Program-made: the position numbers and the translations under genes | The notes under the pieces: model-generated | What the model was told of the DNA's origin: nothing | The model's input: only the letters and a program-made list of their open reading frames with translations | Databases searched by the model: none | In this document: positions 1 through 8,283 of the stretch, piece after piece | How positions within the stretch are numbered: the stretch's first letter is position 1 | Layout: the number at the start of each line of letters is the position of its first letter | Assembly: GCA_046542505.1 (NCBI GenBank) | Contig: JBKHBH010000041.1 | Location: 1 to 16,363, forward strand | Source: Thermovirgaceae bacterium | GTDB lineage: Bacteria > Synergistota > Synergistia > Synergistales > Thermovirgaceae | DNA length: 16,363 bases | Reading direction: 5' to 3'

Positions 1-2030
1 AGACCGATCCCGACACGTCCCAGAATACTTTCTCTGATCTGCAGCTTGTTCCGTTCATTACGAAGCTCCGTCCTTGTCCGCAGAAACTGCATTAAGGCCT
101 GTTTCGCCGCACGGGCGTCTTTGTCCGTTCGGGCCGTCACGATTTCAAAAAACTCCGGGTTCTCGGCCCTGAAACGTTCACCCACCTCGTCCCGCGCCGC
201 CCGGTCTCCGCCGGCTTTCATGGACGCCGCACGGTACCGCTGCCAGTACCGCGTGATCCCCAGGACGCTCCTTTCATCGTCGAAAACAGTTTCGTAGGGC
301 GTCCCTGCCGTTTCGTCGCGGAGGTCCGAAAGGGCTTCGTCCATCCTTGCCTCGATGCCCAGGTGGGCGCTTTCGTCGGGCTGCGGGTAGTGGGTGAGCA
401 AAAAGACCACCGCCGAGGCGACCACCACGATGGTGAAGATCTTCCTCAAAAACATCCACGTCCGATGCAGCGAACGCCTCGCCACGTTCCGCAGGGCAGG
501 CAGATGGTAGATGGGCATCTCCATCATGAAAGGTGCGCTCGGTTCATGCTTCAGTACGGTGAGGGTGAGCACCTTGCTGACCACCAGCGCCACGATGAGC
601 GTGATGGAGGCGATGAAAAACATGGCGATGCTTTGTGACGAGGCAAAATAGATGCTCACCAGCAGGGTGTAGAAAGGCACCTTGGCCAGGCAGTTCATGA
701 GGGGGACCACCATGATCGTAGCCAGCCGGGCCCGCCTGTCCGGGATGCCCCTTGTCGCCATCACGCCCGGAACGGCGCAGCCCCCCACGAAAACACCCCC
801 CAGCACAAGGGGGAGCACCGACTGCCCGTGGAGGCCGAAGCGGCGGAAAAGTCTGTCGAGCACAAAGGACATCCGCGGCATGTAGCCGCCGTCTTCCAGC
901 ACGGCGATCAAGGCAAACAGAATGAGAAAGATGGGGATGTAGTTGAGCACCGCCAGCACCCCGTCGGTGACGTAAAGCACCGAGGAGCGGAGCAGTGGGT
1001 CCGCAAGAAGCCCTTCACCGGGCAAGGCCTCGGAGATGACACCACGCACCGCCCCCAACAGGGGCCAGGTGTAGCCCGTGAGGCGGTACCCCTGGACGAT
1101 GGCAAGCTCGTAAAGGGAAAACATGACCCCTGCCAGCACGAAAAGCCCGAAAACCGGGTGGAGCACCACGCGGTCCACCTTGTCGCTCAGCCGTTCCCGC
1201 TTTTTGCCCTCGACGGAGACCCTGGCCGCCAGGTCTCTCGCCGCTTCATGGCGCTTCAAAGCGATATGCTGCGAGGGCGGGGCGCCCAGAGACTGCGACG
1301 CCCTTTCAACCTGCTCCCGGGCCATCTTTCTTGCCGCTTTCGTGCCCGGAAGCCCTTCACAGAACCTCCAGATCTCCTCGTCCTGTTCCAGGAGTTTCAG
1401 AGCGATCCACCGCGGGGCCAAGGGCAAATTTTCTCCCGATGCCTCCAAGGCGTCGGTTACGAGCCTAAGGGCCTCCTCAAGTTCCCCGTAGTCTACGAGG
1501 GAGCCGGTGTGGACCTTCGGCGGAAGCTCCTCGACGATCTTCGCCTTCAGCTCTTCCTTGCCCTTTTCCCTGTGCGCCGCCGTGGCCGCCGCGGGCACCC
1601 CGAGCTCCTTTTCCAGCAAGGCCCTGTCGATCTTGATGGAAGATCTTTCGGCGAGGTCGGTCATGTTTAAGTCCAGAATTACCGGCACGCCCGTTTCGAC
1701 GAGCTGTATGGTCAGGTAGAGGTGCCGCTGGAGATTCGATGCATCCACCACGTTGACGATCCTGTCGGGTGTGTGCTCGAGCAAAAAACCACAGGCCGCC
1801 CGTTCCTCTTCCGAAAAGGAAGTCAGGCTGTAGGTGCCCGGCAGGTCGACGATCACCACGCCCGGTGTCCCCCGCTGTGCCATGGACCCTTTCTTGATGT
1901 CCACTGTGATCCCCGGGTAATTGGCGATGTGCTGGTGGATGCCCGTCAGCATGGTGAACACCGACGACTTGCCGCAGTTCGGTTGTCCGGTGAGGGCTAC
2001 CGTCTTTATGGGCGTTTCCTTTTTGGTCAT
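1..2030 (-). CDS. feoB: Ferrous iron transport protein B, 3' end beyond the window edge (missing from the ORF track)
   Basis: Manual translation from ATG at 2030, which overlaps the feoA stop as ATGA: MTKKETPIKTVALTGQPNCGKSSVFTMLTG..ANYPGITVD..VDLPGTYSL..VNVVDASNLQRHLYLTIQL..LNMTD (G1-G4 motifs). A membrane domain follows with LEDGGYMPRMSFVLDRLFRRFGLHG, GGCAVPGVMATR and PFMMEMPIYHLP. The frame stays open to the window edge. Confidence 0.97.
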   Translation of the reverse strand, partial: MTKKETPIKTVALTGQPNCGKSSVFTMLTGIHQHIANYPGITVDIKKGSMAQRGTPGVVIVDLPGTYSLTSFSEEERAACGFLLEHTPDRIVNVVDASNLQRHLYLTIQLVETGVPVILDLNMTDLAERSSIKIDRALLEKELGVPAAATAAHREKGKEELKAKIVEELPPKVHTGSLVDYGELEEALRLVTDALEASGENLPLAPRWIALKLLEQDEEIWRFCEGLPGTKAARKMAREQVERASQSLGAPPSQHIALKRHEAARDLAARVSVEGKKRERLSDKVDRVVLHPVFGLFVLAGVMFSLYELAIVQGYRLTGYTWPLLGAVRGVISEALPGEGLLADPLLRSSVLYVTDGVLAVLNYIPIFLILFALIAVLEDGGYMPRMSFVLDRLFRRFGLHGQSVLPLVLGGVFVGGCAVPGVMATRGIPDRRARLATIMVVPLMNCLAKVPFYTLLVSIYFASSQSIAMFFIASITLIVALVVSKVLTLTVLKHEPSAPFMMEMPIYHLPALRNVARRSLHRTWMFLRKIFTIVVVASAVVFLLTHYPQPDESAHLGIEARMDEALSDLRDETAGTPYETVFDDERSVLGITRYWQRYRAASMKAGGDRAARDEVGERFRAENPEFFEIVTARTDKDARAAKQALMQFLRTRTELRNERNKLQIRESILGRVGIG

Positions 2031-2248
2031 TCCGAACGAACCTCCACCCCTTCAACCTCGAAGCGCCGGACCGAGACCCGGCGGCCGTCGAGGGAGCACT
2101 CGATGGGATCTTTGAAAGGGGCGTTGCGCACCACGGTAATTCTCACACCAGGGAAAAAGCCCAGATCATAAAGGCGTTGCATGGTGTTTCCCGGTTCAAT
2201 CTTCGAAATGATGCCCTGATCTCCAGGGTTCATGTCCTTGAGCAACAT
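2027..2248 (-). CDS. feoA: FeoA family protein
   Basis: 73 aa with LKDMNPGDQGII..RLYDLGFFPGVRITVVRNAPFKDPIE; GAGGAG RBS upstream; translationally coupled to feoB. Confidence 0.95.
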   Translation of the reverse strand: MLLKDMNPGDQGIISKIEPGNTMQRLYDLGFFPGVRITVVRNAPFKDPIECSLDGRRVSVRRFEVEGVEVRSE

Positions 2249-2307
2249 CGAAATCTCCTCTTTTCTGATTGTCAGGTGACGAGGTGCAAGCCCCGCAGGA
2301 AAATAAA

Positions 2308-2327
2308 AAGTTTAAATACCTAAACTT
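2308..2327. promoter_or_regulatory. Palindromic operator AAGTTTA-N6-TAAACTT, candidate DtxR/MntR-family metal-repressor box
   Basis: Perfect 7-6-7 inverted repeat between the two feoA genes; a near-identical copy lies at 2640-2659. Confidence 0.7.
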
Positions 2328-2373
2328 AACTGGTTTCAAAAAAAACCGGTTCAGGTTGTAGACGCAAATGTGG

Positions 2374-2601
2374 CTAATCTTTGGAAACGACTATTTTCTC
2401 AGCCATACCTCCACCTACGGCATAAGAGGTCCCGCGGCTGCGGATCTGCATCCTTCCTCCATAATTCATTTGCACTTCGATTTCGGCTCCCGGTACGAGC
2501 CCCAAATCACTGCAACGTTGCTGCAGTGACCTTCCACCATTAATAGTAAGCACCCGAACCCTTGTTCTGGCAGGGCATTCATGGAGAGAACAGGTCAACA
2601 T
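2374..2601 (-). CDS. feoA: FeoA family protein (second copy)
   Basis: 75 aa with SLHECPARTRVRVLTINGGRSLQQRCSDLGLVPGAEIEV..YAVGGGMAEKIVV; AGGGAGG RBS upstream. Confidence 0.92.
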   Translation of the reverse strand: MLTCSLHECPARTRVRVLTINGGRSLQQRCSDLGLVPGAEIEVQMNYGGRMQIRSRGTSYAVGGGMAEKIVVSKD

Positions 2602-2639
2602 GGATCCCTCCCTTCCAGAAATAGCCGTTTTGCAGCAAT

Positions 2640-2659
2640 AAGTTTATTAATATAAACAT
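2640..2659. promoter_or_regulatory. Palindromic operator AAGTTTA-N6-TAAACAT overlapping the predicted feo transcription start
   Basis: 7-6-7 inverted repeat with one mismatch, just downstream of the -10 element on the minus strand. Confidence 0.7.
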
Positions 2660-2665
2660 GATCGC

Positions 2666-2694
2666 ATTTTACGAACTTCCTCACGCCATGTCAA
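2666..2694 (-). promoter_or_regulatory. Sigma70-type promoter of the feoAAB operon
   Basis: Minus strand TTGACA (2694-2689), 17 bp spacer, TAAAAT (2671-2666). Confidence 0.8.
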
Positions 2695-2760
2695 GCGTGG
2701 GGAAAGGAAAATAAAGAATTGTCTTTGGAAGGTGCCAGCAAAACTTCTTAAGGTGCCGGT

Positions 2761-2781
2761 AAGGAAATTAGAAATTTCCTT
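2761..2781 (-). terminator. Possible weak terminator hairpin downstream of the PQQ dehydrogenase gene
   Basis: AAGGAAATT-AGA-AATTTCCTT inverted repeat 16 bp past the stop; the stem is AT-rich. Confidence 0.3.
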
Positions 2782-2797
2782 TTCACGGGTAAATGCG

Positions 2798-3967
2798 CTA
2801 TTGGGAGACCAACCGCAAGATCCGGTCGTCGCCGGGTGCGGGGGAGCCCCTGCCGTCGCGGTTGCTGGTCAAGACGTAGAGCGCCCCGTCAGGGCCGACG
2901 ACGGCGTCGCGGAGTCTTCCGTAGACCCCGTCCGAAGCTCCCCGGGCAAAAAGCCTGTCGATGGCCGTAACCTTGTAGCCGTCATCGAATTGCTCCAGGG
3001 CAATCCGTATCAGGGCCCGGCTTCTGAGGGTGGCCACAAAGAGCCTCCCGTCCCAGAAGGCCATTCCCGAAGGCGGTGTCGCCCGCTCCCACATGACAAG
3101 GGGATCGATGAAACCTTCCACGTCGGCGTCACCCAGAACAAGAGGCCACCCGTAGTTGCCTCCGGCTTTTATGACGTTGACGATATCCCTTCCCCGCAGG
3201 CCGAACTCGCCCGACGGGCCGTGCTCCGATGAAAAAAGGTCTCCCGTTTCTGGATGCCAGGCCAGTCCCTGGGGGTTTCGGTGCCCCAAAGAATATACCG
3301 GCGACCCCTCAAAGGGATTGTCCGGCGGTATGCTTCCGCCGGGCGTTAGGCGAAGGATCTTTCCGCCCAGGCTTTCGTGGTCCTGGGCGATCTTGGCCTG
3401 CCACACATCGCCGGTGGTGACGTAGAGCATGCCGTCGGGGCCGAAAGCGATCCGTCCGCCGTCGTGGACCCTGTTTCCCGGGATGCCATCAATGATCACC
3501 TTCTCAAACTCCATGCCACTTCCCGTGTCGCGATACCTGACCACCTGGTTGTACAGGTTTCCGCCTTCCCTGTAGGTGTGCATCACGTAGATCTTGGGCT
3601 CCTCAGGGTACTTTGGATGTTTCGCGATTCCCATGAGCCCGGCCTCTCCTGTGTGAGCCACGCCATCGATAACGGCATAGGGTTCCTCACGGAGCCGCCC
3701 GTTTTCGATCAGTCGGACCCGGCCCGGTCTTTCGGTCACCAGGGCCCTTTCCTCCGAAAGAAAGACCAGCGACCAGGGGACTTCAAGTCCTTCCACCCAG
3801 GTGGAGACATCGTATTCCTCAGGTTTTGGGACGAAGGTATCTTCCACGCTTTGTGGCTCGCCGCCCACCACTGGATTGCCGTATTCCGGCGTCCTCCCCG
3901 GGGCGGGCGCAGCCAGGAACAGGACAAGCAGCAGGGTGCAGACCGATTGCAATGCATTTCGTTTCAT
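2798..3967 (-). CDS. PQQ-dependent sugar (glucose/sorbosone, Asd/YliI-type) dehydrogenase, secreted
   Basis: N-terminal signal peptide; motifs GLEVPWSLVFL, VTERPGRVRL, GEAGLMGIAKHP, HDGGRIAFGPDGMLYVTTGD, GKILRL, YSLGHRNPQGLAW, GGNYGWP and GRLRDAVVGPDGALYVLTSNRDGRG. Confidence 0.93.
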   Translation of the reverse strand: MKRNALQSVCTLLLVLFLAAPAPGRTPEYGNPVVGGEPQSVEDTFVPKPEEYDVSTWVEGLEVPWSLVFLSEERALVTERPGRVRLIENGRLREEPYAVIDGVAHTGEAGLMGIAKHPKYPEEPKIYVMHTYREGGNLYNQVVRYRDTGSGMEFEKVIIDGIPGNRVHDGGRIAFGPDGMLYVTTGDVWQAKIAQDHESLGGKILRLTPGGSIPPDNPFEGSPVYSLGHRNPQGLAWHPETGDLFSSEHGPSGEFGLRGRDIVNVIKAGGNYGWPLVLGDADVEGFIDPLVMWERATPPSGMAFWDGRLFVATLRSRALIRIALEQFDDGYKVTAIDRLFARGASDGVYGRLRDAVVGPDGALYVLTSNRDGRGSPAPGDDRILRLVSQ

Positions 3968-4000
3968 GGGCTTCGACCCTCCTTCTATAATCGCGTTATA

Positions 4001-4018
4001 GCGTTATTATAATAACGC
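4001..4018. promoter_or_regulatory. Perfect 18-bp palindrome GCGTTATTATAATAACGC, candidate operator containing TATAAT on both strands
   Basis: Lies in the divergent intergenic region, about 34 bp upstream of the dehydrogenase start. Confidence 0.5.
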
Positions 4019-4052
4019 ACGTAAAGGTTTTCCTCCAGGGATTCACAGTACA

Positions 4053-4130
4053 GGGTCGGCATTGCGCCGATTGCTGCAAGTTTGGGAGACGGCAAAAATC
4101 AGTAAATCGAAGATCCGACCCCAAAGGTTC
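4053..4130. repeat. REP/REPIN-like element, family A (intact right arm, left arm reduced to GGGTCGG)
   Basis: 4095-4122 AAAATCAGTAAATCGAAGATCCGACCCC is identical to 9498-9525 and is followed by a similar AAAGGTT flank. Confidence 0.85.
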
Positions 4131-4155
4131 AGGGGGTCATGGAAAGGGAGCGCGG

Positions 4156-4857
4156 ATGGGAACAATATCCGTCATTTTCGACAACAACTCCATCGACAGG
4201 AAAATCAGGCCCGCTTGGGGTTTCTCCGCCCTCATCGAGCACGAAAGACGGCAGATGCTTTTTGATACGGGAGGGGATGCGGGAACCCTTCTGCACAATG
4301 CGACGGCCATGGGCGTCGACCTGCACTCCGTCCCCGACGTGTTTCTCTCTCACGCCCACGGGGATCACACGGGAGGCCTTTCGGCCCTCCTGCGTCCGGG
4401 CCTGAAAATCTTCATTCCACGGTCTTTCCCGGCTGGCTTTTTCAGCCACGTTCAAAAAGCCGGCGCCATCCCCGTGGTGGTCTCAGACCCCCTGTGGTGT
4501 TTGGAAGGCTTTCGGTCCACGGGTGAGCTCGGAAGGGGCGTTCTTGAGCAGTCTCTCATCGTCGATGCACCGGGAGGCCCCGTTCTCGTCACTGGATGCG
4601 CCCACCCGGGCATCGTCAATATCACCCAATTCGCCACGCGCCTTGCCGGCCGTCCGCTTTCGCTGGTTCTTGGAGGCTTTCACCTGGGAGGTGCAACGGA
4701 CAGGGAAGTCTACGCTATCGCGAAGGCCCTCAAAGAACTCGGTGTCGAAAAAGTCGCACCCTGCCACTGCACGGGCCGGCCGGCAACGAGGATTTTGCTT
4801 CAATCCTTCGGTGACAATGGGATAGCCGTTTCCGCGGGATCTGTCGTGACGTTTTGA
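4156..4857 (+). CDS. MBL-fold metallo-hydrolase (COG1237-like)
   Basis: Motifs WGFSALIE, LFDTG, SHAHGDHTGGL (HxHxDH), EQSLIV, TGCAHPGIVNI, LGGFHL and APCHCTG; AGGGAG RBS. Confidence 0.92.
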   Translation: MGTISVIFDNNSIDRKIRPAWGFSALIEHERRQMLFDTGGDAGTLLHNATAMGVDLHSVPDVFLSHAHGDHTGGLSALLRPGLKIFIPRSFPAGFFSHVQKAGAIPVVVSDPLWCLEGFRSTGELGRGVLEQSLIVDAPGGPVLVTGCAHPGIVNITQFATRLAGRPLSLVLGGFHLGGATDREVYAIAKALKELGVEKVAPCHCTGRPATRILLQSFGDNGIAVSAGSVVTF

Positions 4858-5103
4858 AACCGCCGGGGCCGGTTTGTAGACAGCAATTTAGCGTAAACAC
4901 CGAGATTTTGGTCAGATCATACCCGCGGTCGCTTCCTGCAAGATCTTTGGGAGCAGGGGTTGTCACGCCCAGAGGCGGGGCCGACAGGAGCAACAGTGCA
5001 AAACCATGGCCGCCGGCTCTCAATTGCATTTCTCCCCCCACGGGGCATGCTTCACATCCAGGCGGCCTTCAGGTATTTTTAGACGAAAACAGGGGGCTTT
5101 CTG

Positions 5104-6201
5104 ATGAAGAAGCTTTTCGACAACGTCGACATCGGCTCCATGACATTGAAAAACCGTTTTGTCCGAAGCGCGACCTGGGAGAGAAAGGCCGACGAAAAGG
5201 GGTACCTGACGAAGGAACTGTCGAAGGTTTACGAAGAGCTGGCCCGGGGCGGCATCGGCATGATCATCACCGGGTACGCTTTCGTGCATCCCGAGGAACA
5301 GCCGAACCCGGGCATGATGGGAATCTGTGACGACTCTTTCATCGACGGTTACCGGCAGTTCACCGGCATGGTTCACGAATCGGGCGGCCGGATCGTCATG
5401 CAGATAGCCTATGGCGGAACCCGAACGGGGTTTTGCCCCGAAAAGAGGGTCATCTGGGGTCCTTCGGCGGTTCCGGAATACAGCACCGGCGTCGTGGCCA
5501 AAGAAATGACCGCCGAGAACATCCATGACCTGGTAAAGGTCTTCGGAGATGCGGCGGACCGGGTGAAAAAGTCCGGTTTCGACGGTGTCCAGCTTCACGG
5601 GGCGCACGGATACCTTTTGGGTCAGTTCCTGAGCCCCTTGCATAACCAAAGAAAAGACAAATACGGTGGGACCCGAGAAAACAGGGCCCGGATCATCCTG
5701 GAGGTCTTCGAGGAAGTCCGCGGAAGGGTCGGGCCCTCCTTTCCGGTCTTGATCAAGATCAATTCGGAAGACTGCGTCCCCGGGGGAGCGACCTTTGAAG
5801 ACTGTCGATATGTCTGCCGGGCCTTGTCAGGAGCGGGAATCGACGCCATAGAAATCAGCGGAGGGATCGGAGCTGCAGGAACCCCCTATTCTTCTCACCG
5901 GCCCGTTTCTTCAGAAAAGGACGAGGCCTATTTTTCCGAAGCCGCGGCGGCGGTGGCCGCAGAGGTGGATACGCCAATCATCCTCGTTGGAGGGCTCCGG
6001 AGCCCCGCGGTCATGCAGAGGCTGCTGGAAATCACGGAGATCGCCTGTTTCGCCTTGTCCAGGCCCTTTCTGGCGGAGCCCCACCTGGTCAAAAGATGGG
6101 AATCCGGCGATTTGACGAAAGCCAGATGCCTCTCCTGCAACCGGTGCAGAACCGATGAGGGAAATTACTGTACCGTTTTCAACGGTCTGGGGATGAAATG
6201 A
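5104..6201 (+). CDS. NADH:flavin oxidoreductase, old yellow enzyme family
   Basis: Motifs LKNRFVRSATWE, ARGGIGMIITG, GFDGVQLHGAHGYLLGQFLSP..N.RKDKYGGTRENRAR and SRPFLAEPHL; C-terminal CLSCNRC..C cluster. Confidence 0.95.
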   Translation: MKKLFDNVDIGSMTLKNRFVRSATWERKADEKGYLTKELSKVYEELARGGIGMIITGYAFVHPEEQPNPGMMGICDDSFIDGYRQFTGMVHESGGRIVMQIAYGGTRTGFCPEKRVIWGPSAVPEYSTGVVAKEMTAENIHDLVKVFGDAADRVKKSGFDGVQLHGAHGYLLGQFLSPLHNQRKDKYGGTRENRARIILEVFEEVRGRVGPSFPVLIKINSEDCVPGGATFEDCRYVCRALSGAGIDAIEISGGIGAAGTPYSSHRPVSSEKDEAYFSEAAAAVAAEVDTPIILVGGLRSPAVMQRLLEITEIACFALSRPFLAEPHLVKRWESGDLTKARCLSCNRCRTDEGNYCTVFNGLGMK

Positions 6202-6238
6202 ACGCAAAGGGCCGGGCGACGGCCGGAAAGGGGAAAGA

Positions 6239-7225
6239 ATGAGACCAGACGAAGGTTTCTACAGCGAACCCGGCGGCGAGAATCCCATGCACGCCCCGAG
6301 GTACTGCGGCATTCCCACCTTTATGAGGACGCCCCATGTCACAAACCCCAACGGGCTCGACATCGCCCTGGTGGGCGTCCCCTACGACGGCGCCGTAGAG
6401 GCCCGGTCGGGCGCACGCCAGGGGCCCCGGCAGATCCGCGACATGTCCAGCATGATGCGCGCCATCCACCACGTCACCCGGGTCAACCCTTACGAACTGT
6501 GCCGTGTGGGTGATATGGGCGACGTTCCTTTCAGCCGGATCTTTGATGTGGAGGCGAGCCACAGGGACATCACGGCCTTTTTCGAAAAAGTGCATCACGC
6601 CGGGGCATCGCCCCTGAGCGCCGGAGGCGATCATTCCATCACCCTCCCGATCCTTCGGGCCATCGCCGGGGAAGGCCCGGTTGGCCTGATCCACATCGAC
6701 GCCCACACGGACTGCTGCGACGAGGAGATGAACTCCAGGTACAGCCACGGTACGCCTTTCCGCCGGGCCGTCGAGGAAGGTCTGGTCGACCCCGGGCGAA
6801 TGATCCAGATCGGGATCAGGGGAGCCGCAAATTCCGACGAATGCTGGACCTTCGGTGAGAGGGAAGGCATCCGGATCGTCTTCATGGAGGAGTTCACCCG
6901 CCTCGGCGTGGACGAAACCGTCGCCGAGACGCGCAGGATCATGGGCGGGGGGCCCGTTTACATCACCTTCGACGTGGACGGCGTCGATCCTGCCTTCACG
7001 CCGGGGACGGGAACCCCCGAGATCGGGGGACTGACGTCACGTGAGGCCCAGGCCCTGGTCCGTGGCTTTCGGGGCCTTGACATCGTGGGGGGCGACGTCG
7101 TGGAGGTGGCTCCGCCCTTTGACCCCTCGGGCAACACCGCACTGGTGGCGGCCACGATCATGTACGAGATCCTGTGCATCCTGGCCGAGTCGAAGGCCTG
7201 CCGAAAAAAGCGTGTTCCGCGGTGA
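6239..7225 (+). CDS. Ureohydrolase (agmatinase / guanidinopropionase-like)
   Basis: Motifs GARQGP, GGDHS, HIDAHTD, HGTPFRRA, FDVDGVDPAFTPGTGTPEIGG and DVVEVAPPFD; the binuclear Mn ligands are present. Confidence 0.93.
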   Translation: MRPDEGFYSEPGGENPMHAPRYCGIPTFMRTPHVTNPNGLDIALVGVPYDGAVEARSGARQGPRQIRDMSSMMRAIHHVTRVNPYELCRVGDMGDVPFSRIFDVEASHRDITAFFEKVHHAGASPLSAGGDHSITLPILRAIAGEGPVGLIHIDAHTDCCDEEMNSRYSHGTPFRRAVEEGLVDPGRMIQIGIRGAANSDECWTFGEREGIRIVFMEEFTRLGVDETVAETRRIMGGGPVYITFDVDGVDPAFTPGTGTPEIGGLTSREAQALVRGFRGLDIVGGDVVEVAPPFDPSGNTALVAATIMYEILCILAESKACRKKRVPR

Positions 7226-7261
7226 TCGCCCTGAAAGGGATGACTCGACGCGGCAGAAGGG

Positions 7262-7270
7262 TGATATGAT
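7262..7270 (+). promoter_or_regulatory. Extended -10 element (TGnTATGAT) for the DUF6922-AbiEii pair
   Basis: TGATATGAT upstream of an AAGGAG RBS (7279-7284) and GTG at 7294. Confidence 0.45.
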
Positions 7271-7293
7271 TGAGCCGGAAGGAGCGGGAGTCC

Positions 7294-7590
7294 GTGAAGA
7301 CAGGGAAAACGCCGATACCCGAAAAGCTGCGCCCCCTTTTCTGGGACGTGGATCAATCAAAGCTCGACCTGGTCCGGCACAGGGCTTTCATCATCGAGCG
7401 GGTCCTCAACATGGGAGACCAGCAGGCCCTTGCCTGGCTTCGGATCATCGTTTCCGACGAAGAGATTCTCCAGGTCGTCAAAAACAGTCGCCGCCTGACC
7501 AGAAAAGCGGCGCTGTGCTGGAAAAATATCTATCACCTCGACGAGGATGAGATGCGATGTTTTGGGACGTCCTCGATCCGGCAAGACTGA
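7294..7590 (+). CDS. DUF6922-like protein, putative type IV antitoxin partner (GTG 7294 preferred over TTG 7270)
   Basis: LRPLFWDVDQSKLDL..HRAFIIERVLNMGD signature; overlaps the downstream nucleotidyltransferase gene. Confidence 0.8.
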   Translation: MKTGKTPIPEKLRPLFWDVDQSKLDLVRHRAFIIERVLNMGDQQALAWLRIIVSDEEILQVVKNSRRLTRKAALCWKNIYHLDEDEMRCFGTSSIRQD

Positions 7591-8195
7591 AACTGCTCGA
7601 AAAACTCGCCTGCGCATCTCCCGTCGGGCTGTCCTACCTCGCCGGGGGAACGGCTCTGGCGCTCCTTCTGGGGCACAGAGAGTCGGTGGATTTCGACTGG
7701 TTCACCCCTGAGCCCTTCGACCCCGAAATCCTGTCCAGGCGCATGGGACGGTTCGGCGAGGTCTCCGTGGCCGAAACCGCCCCGGGGACCTTCATCGGGT
7801 GGATCGGCGACACCCAGGTCACCTGGCTTCATTATCCCAACCCCGTCCTGGAACCTTTCACAGAACCCCCAGACGTTCCTGGACTGCGAATCGCCTCCCT
7901 GACGGACATGGCAATCATGAAGTGGACCGCCCTCGCCAACCGAGGCTCCATCAAGGACTTCATCGACCTGTTCGTTCTTGATCAGCAGGGCATCACCCTG
8001 AAAGACCTTTTCCCGCTTCTTGAAAAAAAGTATCCCGATGCCCGCATCAATACCTACCATATGGTAAAAAGCCTCTCCTGGTTCGATGACGCCGAAAACG
8101 AACCCTGGCCGGTGCTCAGGATGCCCCTCGAATGGGAAAACATCGAGAGCCGCTTTCTTGAAATCCAGCGGGAGCTCTTCCCCCTCCTGGGCTAG
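7557..8195 (+). CDS. Nucleotidyltransferase of the AbiEii/AbiGii toxin family (type IV TA)
   Basis: Motifs YLAGGTALALLLGHRESVDFDWF, IASLTDMAIMK..A...RGSIKDFIDL and KSLSWFDDAE. Confidence 0.9.
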   Translation: MFWDVLDPARLKLLEKLACASPVGLSYLAGGTALALLLGHRESVDFDWFTPEPFDPEILSRRMGRFGEVSVAETAPGTFIGWIGDTQVTWLHYPNPVLEPFTEPPDVPGLRIASLTDMAIMKWTALANRGSIKDFIDLFVLDQQGITLKDLFPLLEKKYPDARINTYHMVKSLSWFDDAENEPWPVLRMPLEWENIESRFLEIQRELFPLLG

Positions 8196-8196
8196 C

Positions 8197-8257
8197 GAAA
8201 CAACCGGGGGTCGGATCTTCGATTTACGGATTTTTCTGCCGACCCCAAGGGGTTTTC
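8197..8257. repeat. REP-like element, family A short form (61 bp); hairpin between convergent genes, may double as a terminator
   Basis: GAAACAACC-G-[GGGGTCGGATCTTCGATTTACGGATTTT]-TCTGCCGACCCCAAGGGGTTTTC; 54/61 identical to 10930-10990. Confidence 0.9.
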
Positions 8258-8283
8258 GCGAGATTCGGGAAGATGCTCTTCAG

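Noticed and set aside
46..2171. Plus-strand ORFs over feoB (e.g. 828..1670), and similar shadow ORFs over the other long genes
   Set aside because: They are antisense or alternative-frame shadows of GC-rich genes with no recognisable motifs.
5007..5028. Sigma54 promoter upstream of the OYE gene
   Set aside because: TGGC and TTGC are 13 bp apart instead of the required 7.
6205..6238. Guanidine-II (mini-ykkC) riboswitch before the ureohydrolase (GGCGACGGCC)
   Set aside because: There is only one ACGG candidate loop with a mismatched stem; the required twin hairpins are absent.
7337..7580. Shared FWDV motif in DUF6922 and the AbiEii N-terminus as evidence of duplication or mimicry
   Set aside because: The match is only 4 residues and each occurrence fits its own family pattern, so it is probably chance.
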